64,000 nucleotides of DNA from the NCBI RefSeq assembly GCF_963921235.1, contig NC_086108.1, positions 52,764,001 through 52,828,000 of the forward strand, written 5' to 3'. The position numbers and the translations under genes were made by a program. The stretch is from Mobula hypostoma. Lineage: Eukaryota. Below the pieces are notes generated by a model. The model searched no databases. It had not been told where the DNA came from and saw only the letters and a list, made by a program, of their open reading frames with translations. Of this stretch, positions 1 to 11,484 are shown piece after piece (the stretch's first letter is position 1; every line of letters begins with the position of its first letter).

Positions 1-240
1 GTTCTTTACTTCACCCCTCTCCTCTCCTGGTTTCACTTATCACCTTGTATTTCTTCCTCCCCTTCCCCCAACTTCTTACTCTTGACTCCTCATCTCTTTT
101 TCTCCAGCCCTGCTGAAGGGGCTTGGCCGGAAATGTTGACTGTACTCTTTTCCAATTTTGCTGCCTGGCCTACTGAGTTTCTTCAGCATTTTGTGTGTGT
201 TGCTTGGATTACCAGCATCTACAGATTTTCTCTTGTTTAT
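1..240 (+). mobile_element. Penelope-like element 3' terminal (pLTR) fragment, older copy with degenerate hammerhead
   Basis: Pyrimidine-rich tract, then cagccctgctgaagggg..ggaaatgttgactg..ctgcctggcctactgag..ccagcatctacaga; homologous to the termini at 640-742 and 59850-60000. Confidence 0.75.
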
Positions 241-502
241 CTTGAAGTCTGTAGGCCAGGTCCAATAAATACTTTTGATGCAGTGTCGGAGCAAAAAACT
301 CCATGTGGCATTGAGTTTAAGCCCAGATCTGTGCCGTTTGATGTTCTAAACTGGGTAGTAGTCGATAGTACTGTTTGTCTCAATACCTCTTGGCTTTGAA
401 AAGGAAACATTAGCTAGGGTTTCCCCTTCTGATCCTGGTCCAATGATGCCTTTGGGAAATCATCCAGTAAAAACAGATAGAGTTGGCTGTAGTGAATTTA
501 AA

Positions 503-747
503 AACGCAAACAACAGGAATTCTGCAGATGCTGGAAATTCAAGCAACACACATAAAAGTTGCTGGTGAACGCAGCAGGCCAGGCAGCATCTCTAGGAAAA
601 GGTGCAGTTGATGTTTCAGGCCGAGACCCTTCCCTTACTCACTCTTCCTTCAGTTAGTCCTGATGAAGGGTCTCGGCCTGAAACGTCGACTGCACCTCTT
701 CCTAGAGATGCTGCCTGGCCTGCTGCGTTCACCAGCAACTTTATAAA
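503..747. mobile_element. Penelope-derived fold-back (inverted pLTR) non-autonomous element
   Basis: Inverted arms 555-632 / 665-742; flanking direct repeat agttggctgt at 481-490 and 748-757. Confidence 0.85.
655..692 (+). ncRNA. Minimal type I hammerhead ribozyme motif (Penelope-associated)
   Basis: UAGUC-CUGAUGA-AGGGUCUCGGCCU-GAAAC-GUC-GACUG: stem I UAGUC/GACUG, intact core, stem II, stem III reduced to palindromic ACGU; predicted cut after C687. Confidence 0.8.
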
Positions 748-1428
748 AGTTGGCTGTGTTGTGTCTGGTGAATCAGCTAACCATGTATAGGCTGGTTTGC
801 CTGGAAAAATCGAATTAAATCAAATTCCACCATAATCTTCATGAAATCAGCAATGACATGGGATATTATAAGAAACTACAGATTTGGACCATAAGACATG
901 GGAGCAGAATTGGGCCATTCAGCCCATCAAGTCTGCTCTGCCATTCTATCATGGCTGATCCTGGGTCCCACTCAACCCCAACACCGGCCTTCTCGCCATA
1001 TCTTTTGATGCCCTGACCGATCAGGAAATGATCAACTTCCGCCTTAGATATATGCACGGACTTGGCCTCCACCGCAGTTTGTGGCAGAGCATTCCACAGA
1101 TTTACTACTGTCTAGTTAAAAAGATTGCTTCTTACCTCTGTTCGAAAGGGTCCCCCCTCAACTTTGAGGCTGTGCCCTTTAGTTCTGGATGCCCCCACCA
1201 CAGGAAACATTCTCTCCACATCCACCCTACCTAATCCTTTGAACATTCGGTAGGTTTCAATGAGATCCTCCCACATTTTTCCAAATTCCAGTGAGTACAG
1301 GCTCTTTATTCCTGGAATCATTCTCATGAACCTCCTCTGGACTCTTACCAATGACAACACATCCTTTCTGAGATATGGGGCCCAAAACTATTGACAATAC
1401 TCCAAGTGTGGCCTGATTAGTTTCTTGA

Positions 1429-1692
1429 AAGGAAAGGTACGTCGCATCCGGAGTTTCTCTGGTTAGCGGACGATTTCCCTCCACGCCTTTCTGACGTAGT
1501 GGGGAACCACATACGCGGCAAGTCACAGCAGTGGTTTTGCCATTGTCTTCTGCCGGGTGAGTTTCCAAAGAGATCACCAGCTCGTAACCCAGCACGACGG
1601 AAAGCATGCAGGGGAGCCAGCTGGAGCTGGATTCGAACTCGGGACCTTTCATCCCGAAGTCTGAAGCTGATGCCAGTACGCCTCCAGCCAGG
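1429..1692 (-). mobile_element. tRNA-headed SINE with RTE-like internal/3' segment (copy 1)
   Basis: Minus strand has a B box GAGTTCGAATCC and GGCAGAAGACAATGGCAAAACCAC; homologous to 2557-2812; possible tcttga TSD. Confidence 0.8.
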
Positions 1693-2556
1693 TCTTGACT
1701 TTATTACTATAACTAAAGATTTAGAAACTCAGTGACTCAATGCAAAACATATCCATGTGCAGATTATAATAGTGACCATTATCTCCTTGCTTTTATATTC
1801 CATTCCCTTTGAAATAAGTGGCAGCATTGCATTTGCCTTCCTTACCACAGACTCAATCTGTGAAATAACCTTTTGGGAGTCTTGCATGAGGACTCCTAAG
1901 TCCCTCTGCAGCACTGAAGTTTGAATCTTCTCCCCATTTAGATAATAATCCGCACTATTGTTCCTTTTACAAAAATGCATTATCATACATTTCCCAACAC
2001 CATATTCTATCTGCCACTTTTTTGTCCATTCTTCCAATTTGTCTAAGTCTTGCTGCAATCGCATTGCTTTCTCAGCATTACCTATCCCTCCAACTGTCTT
2101 CATATCATCCACAAACTTGGCCACAAAAGCCATTATCCAAATCATTGACAAACAATGTGAAAAGCAGCGGTCCCAATACTGACCCCTGAGGGACACCACT
2201 AGTCACTGGCAGCCAACCAGAAAAGTTCCTTTTTATTTCAACTCGCTTCCTCTTGCCTGTCAGCCATTCCGTTATCCATGCCAGTATCTTTCCTGTAACA
2301 CCATAGGATTTTATGTTGTTAAGCTGCCTTGTTTTGTACCTTATTAAATGGCTTCTGAGTAAATGACATCCACTGCCTCTACTTTGTCCACCCTACTTGA
2401 TTCTTTCTCAAAGAACTTTAACGGATTTGTCAGGCAAGATTTCCCTTTATAGAAACCACGCTGACTTTGACATTTTATCATTAGTCTCCAAGTACCTCGA
2501 AACCGCATCCTTAACAATAGACTCCAATACTTTCCCAACCACTGAGGTTAGGCTAA

Positions 2557-2812
2557 TAATAATGTAGCTAGCATCCGGAATTTTTCCGGGTAGCGGACGA
2601 CTTCCTCCCACACCGTTCTGACGTAGATGGAATTTGCGTACGAGGCAAGTTACAGCAGTGGTTTGCCATTGCCTTCTGCCGGGTGAGTGTTTTCTTCAGA
2701 GATCACCAGCTCTTAACCCCACACGGATGGAAAGCATGCCGGGGGGAGCTGGCTGGGTTTGAACTTCGGAACCTCCGCTCCGCAGTCCAGCGCTGTTGCC
2801 ACCAGCCGGCCT
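2557..2812 (-). mobile_element. tRNA-headed SINE with RTE-like segment (copy 2)
   Basis: 14-bp TSD tgaggttaggctaa (2543-2556, 2813-2826); B box-like GAAGTTCAAACC; short (TTA)n tail. Confidence 0.87.
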
Positions 2813-5800
2813 TGAGGTTAGGCTAACTGGCCTATAATTTCCTTTCTTTTGCTGTCCTCCCTTCTTAAATAGTGGAGTGACATTGGCAATCTTCCAGTCC
2901 TCTGGGACCATGCCAGAATTGAGTGATTTTTGAAAGGTCATGACCAATGCATCCGTTATCTCTTCAGCAACCTTTCTGAGGATTTTGGGATGTAGTCCAT
3001 CTGGTCCAGGTGACTTATCCACCGTAAGACTTTTGATTTGCCTAGCACTTTTTCCTTTGTGATAGTAATGGCACTCACTCTTGCTCCCTGACACTCATGG
3101 ACCTCTGGCACATCGCTAGTGTCTTCCACAGTGAAGACAAATGCAAAGTACCCATTAAGTTCATTTGCCATTTCTTTGTCCCCTATTACTACCTCAGCAG
3201 CATCATTTTCCAGTGGTCCAATATCAACTCTCACCTCCCTTTTACTCTTTATATAACTGAAAAAAACTTTTTAGTATCCTGCTTTATATTATTGGTTAGT
3301 CTGCCCTCATATTTCATCTTTTCCCTTCCTAAAACTTTTTAGTTGCCTTTTGTTGGATTTTAAAAGCTTCTCAATCATCCAATTTACCACTCACTTTTAC
3401 TACCTTATATGCCATTTCCTTGGCTTTTACGCAGTCCTTAACTTCCTTTGTCAGCCACAGTTGCCTACTCCTGCCATTTGAGAACTTCTTTCTCTGTGGG
3501 ACATATCTATCCCCTGCTTTGTGAACTATTCCCAGAAACTTCAGCCATCTCTGCTCTGCCATCATCCCCGCCAGTATCCTCCACCAATCCACCTGGGTAA
3601 GCTCCTCTCTCATGCCTCTGTAATTCCCTTTATTCCATTACGATACTGATACATGTGACTTGTGCTTCTCCCTCTCAACGTGGTATGAATTCAATCATAT
3701 TATGATCACTGTCTCCTAAGGGTTCCTTTATGTTAAGCTCCTGAATAAGATCTGGGTTATTACACAGCACCCAATCTAAGGTAGCTTTTGCCCAAGTAGG
3801 CTCAAGCACAAGCTGCTCTAAAAAGCCATCTTGTAGGCATTCAACAAACTCCCTCTTGGCACCAACCTGATTTTTCCAATCCCCTTGCATATTGAAATGC
3901 CCCATTACAATTGTGTCATTACACTTATTTAATGCTTTTTCTGGCTCCCTTCACAATATCAACCCCACATCTTGGCTACTAGTTGGAGGCCTATATATGA
4001 CTCCCATAAGGATTTTTTTTTTTACCCTTGCAGTCTCTTAATTCCACCTACACAGATTCAACATTCTATGACCCTATGTCACTTCTTTCTAAAGATGTAG
4101 TTCCATTTCCAACCATCAGAACCACACCATTGCCTATGCCTTCCTGCCTGTCCTTTTGATACAAGATATATCTTTTGATGTTATGCTCCCAACTATGGCA
4201 TCCTTTCAGCTACGACTCGGTGGTACCCACAATGTCAAACTGACTAATCTCTGATTGCACCACGAGTTTGTCCACCTTATTCCGAATGCTACACGCATTT
4301 AAATAGAGCACTTTCAGTCCTGCTTCTTCACCTTTTTGAATTTTGCCTCTGTGGTACAATTTAACTCTTTGCTCTGTCTGCATTAGTACTCAGTCATTGG
4401 CTTCTCCTTACTTATATTCATGTTAACACCCATCATCTACTTGTCAACCTGCTGGCTCATCTTCAGCTCTATCATACTGGTCCCCATCCCCCGCTGTATG
4501 AGTTTAAACCACTCCCAACTGCACTTGTAAATCTGCCTGCAAGAATATTGGTTCCCCTTGGATTCAAGTGCAACCCATCCTTTTTGTACAGGTCCCAGTT
4601 TCCCCAGAAGAGATCGCAATTATCCAGAAATCTGAATCCCTGCTCCCTGCCCCATGCTCTAATTCATCAGCCACACATTTATCTGCCACTCCATTCTATT
4701 TCTGTCCTCACTGCTGCACGGCACAGGTAGCAATCCCAAGATTACTACCTTTGAGGTCTTGCTTCTCAGCTTAACTCCTTGTATTATTTTTTTAAGGACC
4801 TCCTCCCTTTTTCTTCCAATGTCATTGGTACCAATATATACCACAATTTCTGGCTGCTCACCCTCCCTTTTCAGGATATTGTGGACATGTCCAGAAACAT
4901 CTCAGACCCTGGGACCTGCAAGGCAAACTATCATCCGTGTTTCCTTTTCGCGTCCACAGAATCGGCTATCTGTCTCCCTGACTATAGAGTCCCCTATTAT
5001 TGCTGCCATTATCTTCAGTTCCCTACCCTTCTGAGCACTGGGCCAGACTCAGTACCAGAGGCACGGCCACTGTCGCTGCCCCCAGGTAGTTTGCCCCCCA
5101 CCCCCAGCAGTACTCAAAATGGAGTACTTATTGTTGAGGGGGATGCCCACAGGGGGTGCTCTCCCCTTTCTGATGTGTCCTTTCCCTCTCATGACAGTGC
5201 TGGCTTAGTGTTAATAAACTTTTTCTTGGGTTAAATGTAATGACTTTAAACTTCCTTCAAGACCAGATCATAATACAGTACTGACTGACTACAATATTTT
5301 TGTCAGGTTTCACATTTGAAAGAAACAGTGAAAAAGAGTTCATAACTGCCTGAGTGATTATACCAGCTTTGCATGCATTATTGAGAAAATAGTGATGGAG
5401 TTTCCTAGAAATGTGGTTATCAGAATTGAACCAATGCTTGCCACCAACACTTTTAAATTTCTTTAAACATTTATTTTCTGAGGCATGGCCATTACTGGCA
5501 AAATCAGAATTTATTATCCATCTTTAATTGACAGTAAAGGGCCAACAACATTGGCCTCTTATGGGTTAGGCAGGCAGACTTCCTTCCCTGAAATGCCCTG
5601 TGTGAAATTAAGTAAACCAATTTGAGATTTCGGACAATCTGGTAGTTTTATCATCACCATTGCCTAATAACTTTTTTATAATTAGAACTGCTGTAGTGGG
5701 ATTCTGGCATATGTTGCTGGCTATCAACCCAGTAAGTTCACTATCTGTAATTTACTTGTTTTGTATTGTTTGTTGAATCTTATTACTACCATATTTATAA

Positions 5801-6285
5801 GTGAATACTCTCCAAACGTTATTCAATTACTTCAAAAATCACTTTTTGCTTTTTTTTTTAATTTTAAAGGAGAAATGAGATAAACCCAACAAATACAAGC
5901 CAGTTAACTTTCTGTTGTGGGAAAACTTAATGGCTAGTTCTAGATAAAATTAGTGGCCAAATTTAAAAAGATGGGCATACATTCTTTTCATCTGTTTGGA
6001 TTTAGAACATCGAATAGTATAGCACAGGAACAGGCCCCTTGACCCACAATATTGTGCCAAACGGATGAAACTAGTAACTGAATGTCTAACTTGACTAGTC
6101 CCTTCTGTACACCATATTCATGTTCCTTTATTCTCTGCTCCTTCAAGTGCCTGTCCAACAGCCTCTTAAATACCTCTATCTTATTTGCCTCCACCAGCAC
6201 CCCTGGCAGAGCATTCCAGGCACTCACCACTCCCTGCTTTTTAAAAAAAAACTTGCCTCACCCATCTCCTTTGAACCTACCCCAT

Positions 6286-7031
6286 ATATAACCATATAAC
6301 AATTACAGCACAGAAACAGGCCATCTCGGCCCTTCTAGTCCGTGCCGAACTCTTACCCTATCCTATTCCCACCGACCTGCACTCAGCCCATAACCCTCCA
6401 TTCCTTTCCTGTCCATATATGTATCCAATTTAACTTTAAACGACAACATCGAACCTGCCTCAACCACTTCTGCTGGAAGCTCATTCCACACAGCTACCAC
6501 TCTCTGAGTAAAGAAGTTCCCCCTCATGTTACCCCTAAACTTTTGTCCTCTAATTCTCAACCCGTGCCCTCTTGTTTGAATCTTCTCCACTCTCAATGGA
6601 AAAAGTCTAACCATGTCAACTCTATCAATCCCCCTCATAATTTTAAACACTTCTATCAAGTCTCCCCTCAACCTTCTACGCTCCAAAGAATAAACACCCA
6701 ACTTGCTCAACCTTTCACTGTAACTTAGGAGATAAAACCCAGGCAACATTTTAGTAAACCTCCTCTGTACTCTCTCAATTTTATTGACATCCTTCCTATA
6801 ATTCGGTGACTAGAACTGTACACAATACTCCAGATTTGGCCTTACCAATGCCTTATACAAATTCAGCATTACATCCCAACTCCTATTCTGAATGCTCTGA
6901 TTAATAAAGGCCAGCAAACCAAAAGCTTTCTTCACCACCCTATCCACATGAGATTCCATCTTCAGGGAACTATGCACCATTATTCCTCGATCCCTCTGTT
7001 CTAAAGCATTCTTTAATGCCCTACCATTTAC
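6286..7031 (-). mobile_element. Younger 5'-truncated CR1 nested in an older CR1
   Basis: Well-preserved C-terminal [52 protein letters not shown]; repeated (ccatataa) tail; short ccccat flanking repeat. Confidence 0.87.
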
Positions 7032-8018
7032 CCCCATTATCTTAAATTCAAGCCCTCCAGTATTACACATCTTGACCTTGGGAAAAAGATATTGCTATTT
7101 AATCTCCATGCTTCTCATAATATTAAAACATTTATCAGGCCTTTTCACAGCCTCTGTTGCTCTACAGAAAACAACCTATGTTTGTCCAAACTCTCCTTAA
7201 AGCATATGCCTCGAATGCAAGCAGCATCTTGAACTCTGTATGCTCTTCTGTCTTAAAATGTATTGACTAAAATTCAATGCAATATTCCAGAGATGCTTTC
7301 TAGCTTTCTGACTCAGTGCCTCAGTTAATAAAAGCATGCATGTCATATGCATTCTTTAACCTGTGCAGTCACTTTCAATGATCCTGGACATGGGCCTCTG
7401 TATATCAATACTGTTAAGGATCTTGTATTGCACCTTTATATTTGAACTCACATAGTGCAAGACCTCACACTTGGCCAGATTAAACTCTGTATGCCATTTG
7501 TCTGCCGATATCTGCAACTGATCTATAATCTGCTCTATCCTTTGGCGATCTTCTATACTATCCACAATACCATCAATCTTTGTATCATTTGTGAACTTAC
7601 TAACCCACCCATGTACATTTTTATCCAAGTCATTTATATATATCTCAAACATCAGGGGTCCCAATATGGAATACGTCTCTTCATAGAACTCCTGCCAGAA
7701 TACGTACTATCAACCATTACCCTTTGTCTTCTATGGGTAAGCCAATTCTGAATCTAAACAACCAAGTGATTGTGGATCCCATGCATCTTAATCTTGATGA
7801 ACCTACCATAAGGGACCTTGTCAAATGCCTCACTAAAATCTATAGAGAACATTCCCAAATCTATTTTCATCATCTTGAAAAACTCAGTTTTCAGTAAGTC
7901 ACATCTTGCTCTGCTCAAAGCTATGCTGAGTATCCCTATGTTTTTGCAGGTGCTTATGAATTCTTTCTTTAAGAATTCTCTTCAATAGCTTTCCTACCAC
8001 TGAAGTGAGACTCACAAG

Positions 8019-8869
8019 TGTTACGTATCCCGTAACTGAGTTGCCAAACCAGCAGAAATGGACCACTTTGTTGGAGTCTGGATTACTAGAACTAAGAAAG
8101 TTTTATTAAAGAAATAAGTAACACAGTACTCTAATCGTAAGGATATAAATGCAACAGGTTAGCAATGGTAAAACACACATGTACAGAGAACTAGGATAAT
8201 AGGATCAATCAAGCTCTATCGCAGTCTAGGGGTAAAATGATCAATCTCAAGTGACGCAGAGTTCAGTTCAGTTTAGTTCAGTTCGCAGTAATCGCTGTTG
8301 TGCCGTTGGGGAGAGAGAGAGAGCGAATGATGATATTCAAATCGGATTCAAACAGACCTTTGATATTCCTCGCAGTTAGCTTTCGGGCGAGCCCTTTGTA
8401 ATGTCTTCGGAGGTCACCGACTGTGACCCCTCCGTTCCGGATACGATCGTTCTTCTGTGGTGAACCGGGCACCCAGGCAAGGGCGGACACACACACCAGG
8501 TTCCCGCCGATCGTACCTTTTCCTCCTGTGCGTCTATGGTCGGTCCTGTGACCAGACCTCCAAAACTCCCACCAACTTGTGGGGGGGGGGCACACCGCAC
8601 TTCCAGGATCTCGTTATCTCGTGGTGTCGTGGTGCATCGCTTGCCTTAGCGAACCTGTTCCTTTTATCCCCTGCTGGGGTATCGCCTGTCCATCAAACTT
8701 CAAACAGTTCAGGTTCAAAGCAACCGGTCTGACAATACTCGGAACTGTGTCTCTTTTCGTTAATCTCTCTCGTCTCTCTCTTATTAGCATTTTGAATGTT
8801 TCCCCCATTTGTCTCTCTCTTATCTCTCTTATCGGCATCAATCTTCTGATAACTTGGTCTTTTGTCACA
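8019..8869 (-). mobile_element. Solo LTR (851 bp; Gypsy-like by TSD length)
   Basis: TGTTAC...GTCACA termini; 4-bp TSD caag (8015-8018, 8870-8873); interrupts continuous CR1 sequence; minus-strand AATAAA near 8101 and GATAAAAG near 8665. Confidence 0.88.
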
Positions 8870-9555
8870 CAAGTCAATAGTTTCCAGGATTGTTGCCATT
8901 TCCCTTCTTGAATGATGGAGCTATATTAGCTGCTCCTCAGTACTCCAGGACCTCAATTGTGGCTAGAGAGGACATGAAGGTCTTGGTCAAGGCCCCAGAA
9001 ATCCCCTCTCAATAATCTGGGATGTATCCCATCGGGCCCCCTTGGGACTCATCCTCTGTTCTTCAAGAAACCCAATACAACCTCTTTCTTTTTCTCAGAA
9101 TGCTCTAACATATTAGCACGCTGCATACTGATCTCCCTATCATTCATGTGCTTCTTGGTAAGTACCAATGCAAATTACTCATTTAAAACTCGCCAACATC
9201 CTCTGGCGTCAAGCACATGTTCCCTTCTTTGTCACTGTGTGGTCCTACCCTCTCCCTAGTTATCCTGTTGCTCTTGATGTATGCATAGAATGCCTTGGAA
9301 TTTTCTTTAATCCTAGTCACCAAAAAGAATTTTCATGGCCCGTTCTGGCTCTTCTAGTTTCCTTCTTGAGTTCTTTTGTAACTTCTTTGTAATCTTCAAG
9401 GGCTCTGTTTGCCTTTAGCTTTCTAAACCTTACATTTCTTCCTTTTTATTTTTGAATAAATCCACCAGCTCTCTTGTCATTCAAAATTCCCTTACCTTGC
9501 TATCCTTGTCCTATCTTCTTTCTGGAACATATCTCTCCTAATCTCTGCAGTTTGT

Positions 9556-10600
9556 TCAAGATTCAAGATTGTTTAATGCCATTTCCTATACATAATTGTA
9601 AAGGAAAACAAAATAATAGTTATTCCGGATCAGGTTTTACAACACCAAATAAAACACTAAGTTAAAGAACATAATAATAATAATAACAACACAATAAATA
9701 TACTGTAAGTGTGTAAGATAGCTTATACACATTGATTGTATGTCCATAAAGTGATGCTAGGCACAGGAGTGACTGTACGTAAGATAACTTACAGGAAATG
9801 ATGAAGTAGGGACAGTTGGGGGTGTAGGGGGTGGGTTAGCGGGTGGAGATGTTGATCAGCCTTGCTGCTTGGGGAAAGTAACTGTTTTTGAATCTGGTGG
9901 TCCTGGCGTGAATGCTATGTAGCCTCCTCCCTGATGAGAATGGGAAATGGTAAAACATGAGCCAGCGGCCTTACGAGGGTTGACTCTCTGCAGGGTTCTT
10001 TTCACATTTTCTGCTGTTACAGATAGTGGCTGCTCATCTGGAAGAGGGGTAGCTTTTGTGGCTGGCATTGTGTTGCAAGCCTCGAAGCATGCTTGAAAGT
10101 TGCTTAGAGCATCAGGAAAGGAGGAGTCACTGGTACGGTTGACACCATTTTCCCTTGCGTAGTCAGTAATACCCTTGATGCCAGCCATGTATGCTGGGGG
10201 TCATTATAGGAGAGGTGTTTCTGAATATTTTGAGCGTAGGCAGTTCTTTGCCCTTTTGATACCTAAGATGAGATTTCTTATGGCTATTCTAAGAGCTGTT
10301 CTGTCTCCAAACTTGAAGGCAGTGTCTCAGGTTTTCAGTAGGTTGCATCTCAACATTCAGCCCAGGTTTCAGGTTGGACCATAAGATGACCATTCTTGAA
10401 GTATCAATGTCCTTTACACACCAATGACAGATGAGGCATATTTCTTGAAGTCTGTGTCATCTTCTTTTGTGGCAGCCTCCTTAAACATCTTCCAGTTAGT
10501 CCATTCAAAATAGTCCTGAAGCATAGAGAATGTTTCATTTGGCTATCTAGTGATGGTCCTCCACGTATCAAGTGAGGACTTGCCATAAAACAGTGATCAT
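9556..10600 (-). mobile_element. Rex1/Babar-like LINE fragment, internally deleted
   Basis: GIKGITDY..VKRTLQRVNPRKAAG; tail (tcttgaa)n at about 9556-9570. Confidence 0.75.
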
Positions 10601-11400
10601 TCTGAGGTTGTAAGATGTCATATTTCAATGTGTTAGGAAATGCATGATTTTGAATGTTTACATTTTAAAAAATATACTCACATATGAACCATATTTCAGT
10701 TTTAAATCTTAAAGCATCCATACAAGTTTTTGGTGGCTTTCAATTAAAGTAAGGTGTCAGTAAACATTCAGAATCAAAATTTTAAGCAAAGAAATTCATC
10801 CCAAAGCACAGTCTGGAACACATCAGATTACCAAATGTGCATACTTTTTAGGAGGAACTGCGTAGAATGACTTGTGATGAAAGTTCTTTTCTTCCCAAGC
10901 CTCCGTCAAACTAAACCTGAAATTAACTGTCATTTTCTGCAAGAATCAACTGACTGCATAAACCAAAGTAGTAATTGGTGTGTGATTGAATTGCATGCTA
11001 TGTAGCACAGTTACTAGCAGCCATTGGGAATAACTGGCAGATATTTGCTTGGTAAACACAAGTGATTCAAGTCAGTTGCTTTGCGATAGCTAATTCAATT
11101 TAATGACATCTTAAAAAGCTGATGGTGCTAACACAAGAAATGATCTGTATATCTCAGTAGAAAAATCAGTTCACTGCACCCATGCACCAACTTCTTTCCC
11201 ACTCCCTCCTCTTGAATAGTATAAATGAAATCTTGGACGCTGACTACATGGGTTTTTTGCCAGTGGCTGTTTTTAAACTGAAACAATGGGCTTCTGTACT
11301 TTGTCAGTACAGCCTTTTTAAAAAAATCTCTGGAAATGTCCCATTTAGGGCTATGTACTATTGCTTGTGAATAATACCCTTCTGTCTTCTATCCCTTAAG

Positions 11401-11484
11401 GGTGGATTGTGAGAACCAAAACAAAGTTTAGTAGAAACTCGCCTGTCTTTTTGCTGGGAAAATGCTATCATTTCAAGTCAGAGG
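11401..11484 (+). CDS. ATG4C: ATG4C coding exon (84 bp, phase 1-1)
   Basis: Acceptor tctatcccttaag|, donor |gtaagt; encodes [27 protein letters not shown]. Confidence 0.95.

Larger units (their letters stand above)
889..5170 (-). mobile_element. Long degenerate CR1 LINE (3' tail, RT, AP endonuclease, SGNH-esterase ORF1), interrupted by two SINEs
   Basis: Minus-strand ORF pieces: KFVDDMK..LQQDLDKLEEW (RT), KSPGPDGLHPKIL..PEDWKIANVTPLFKKG, MGHFN..LGDSDHNMIEF (APE), VYIGTNDIGRK..KVVILGLLPVP (esterase); many stops and frameshifts. Confidence 0.92.
6003..9550 (-). mobile_element. Degenerate CR1 LINE hosting a younger CR1 and a solo LTR
   Basis: RT remnants VSAWNALP..FKRLLDRHL and MGPLMFEIYINDLD..SKFTNDTKIDG. 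Confidence 0.85.

Noticed and set aside
602..790. Recurring peptide [27 protein letters not shown] (also 53737, 59749, 59768) as a small protein family
   Set aside because: It is the translation of the non-coding Penelope terminus and hammerhead; the shared feature is the repeat itself.
1625..1692. tRNA gene (B box present; also 2750-2812 and 27430-27490)
   Set aside because: No convincing cloverleaf; these are SINE heads attached to SINE bodies.
8278..8911. Cluster of overlapping ORFs of 68-110 aa
   Set aside because: They lie inside the GC-rich solo LTR and show no recognisable protein motifs.
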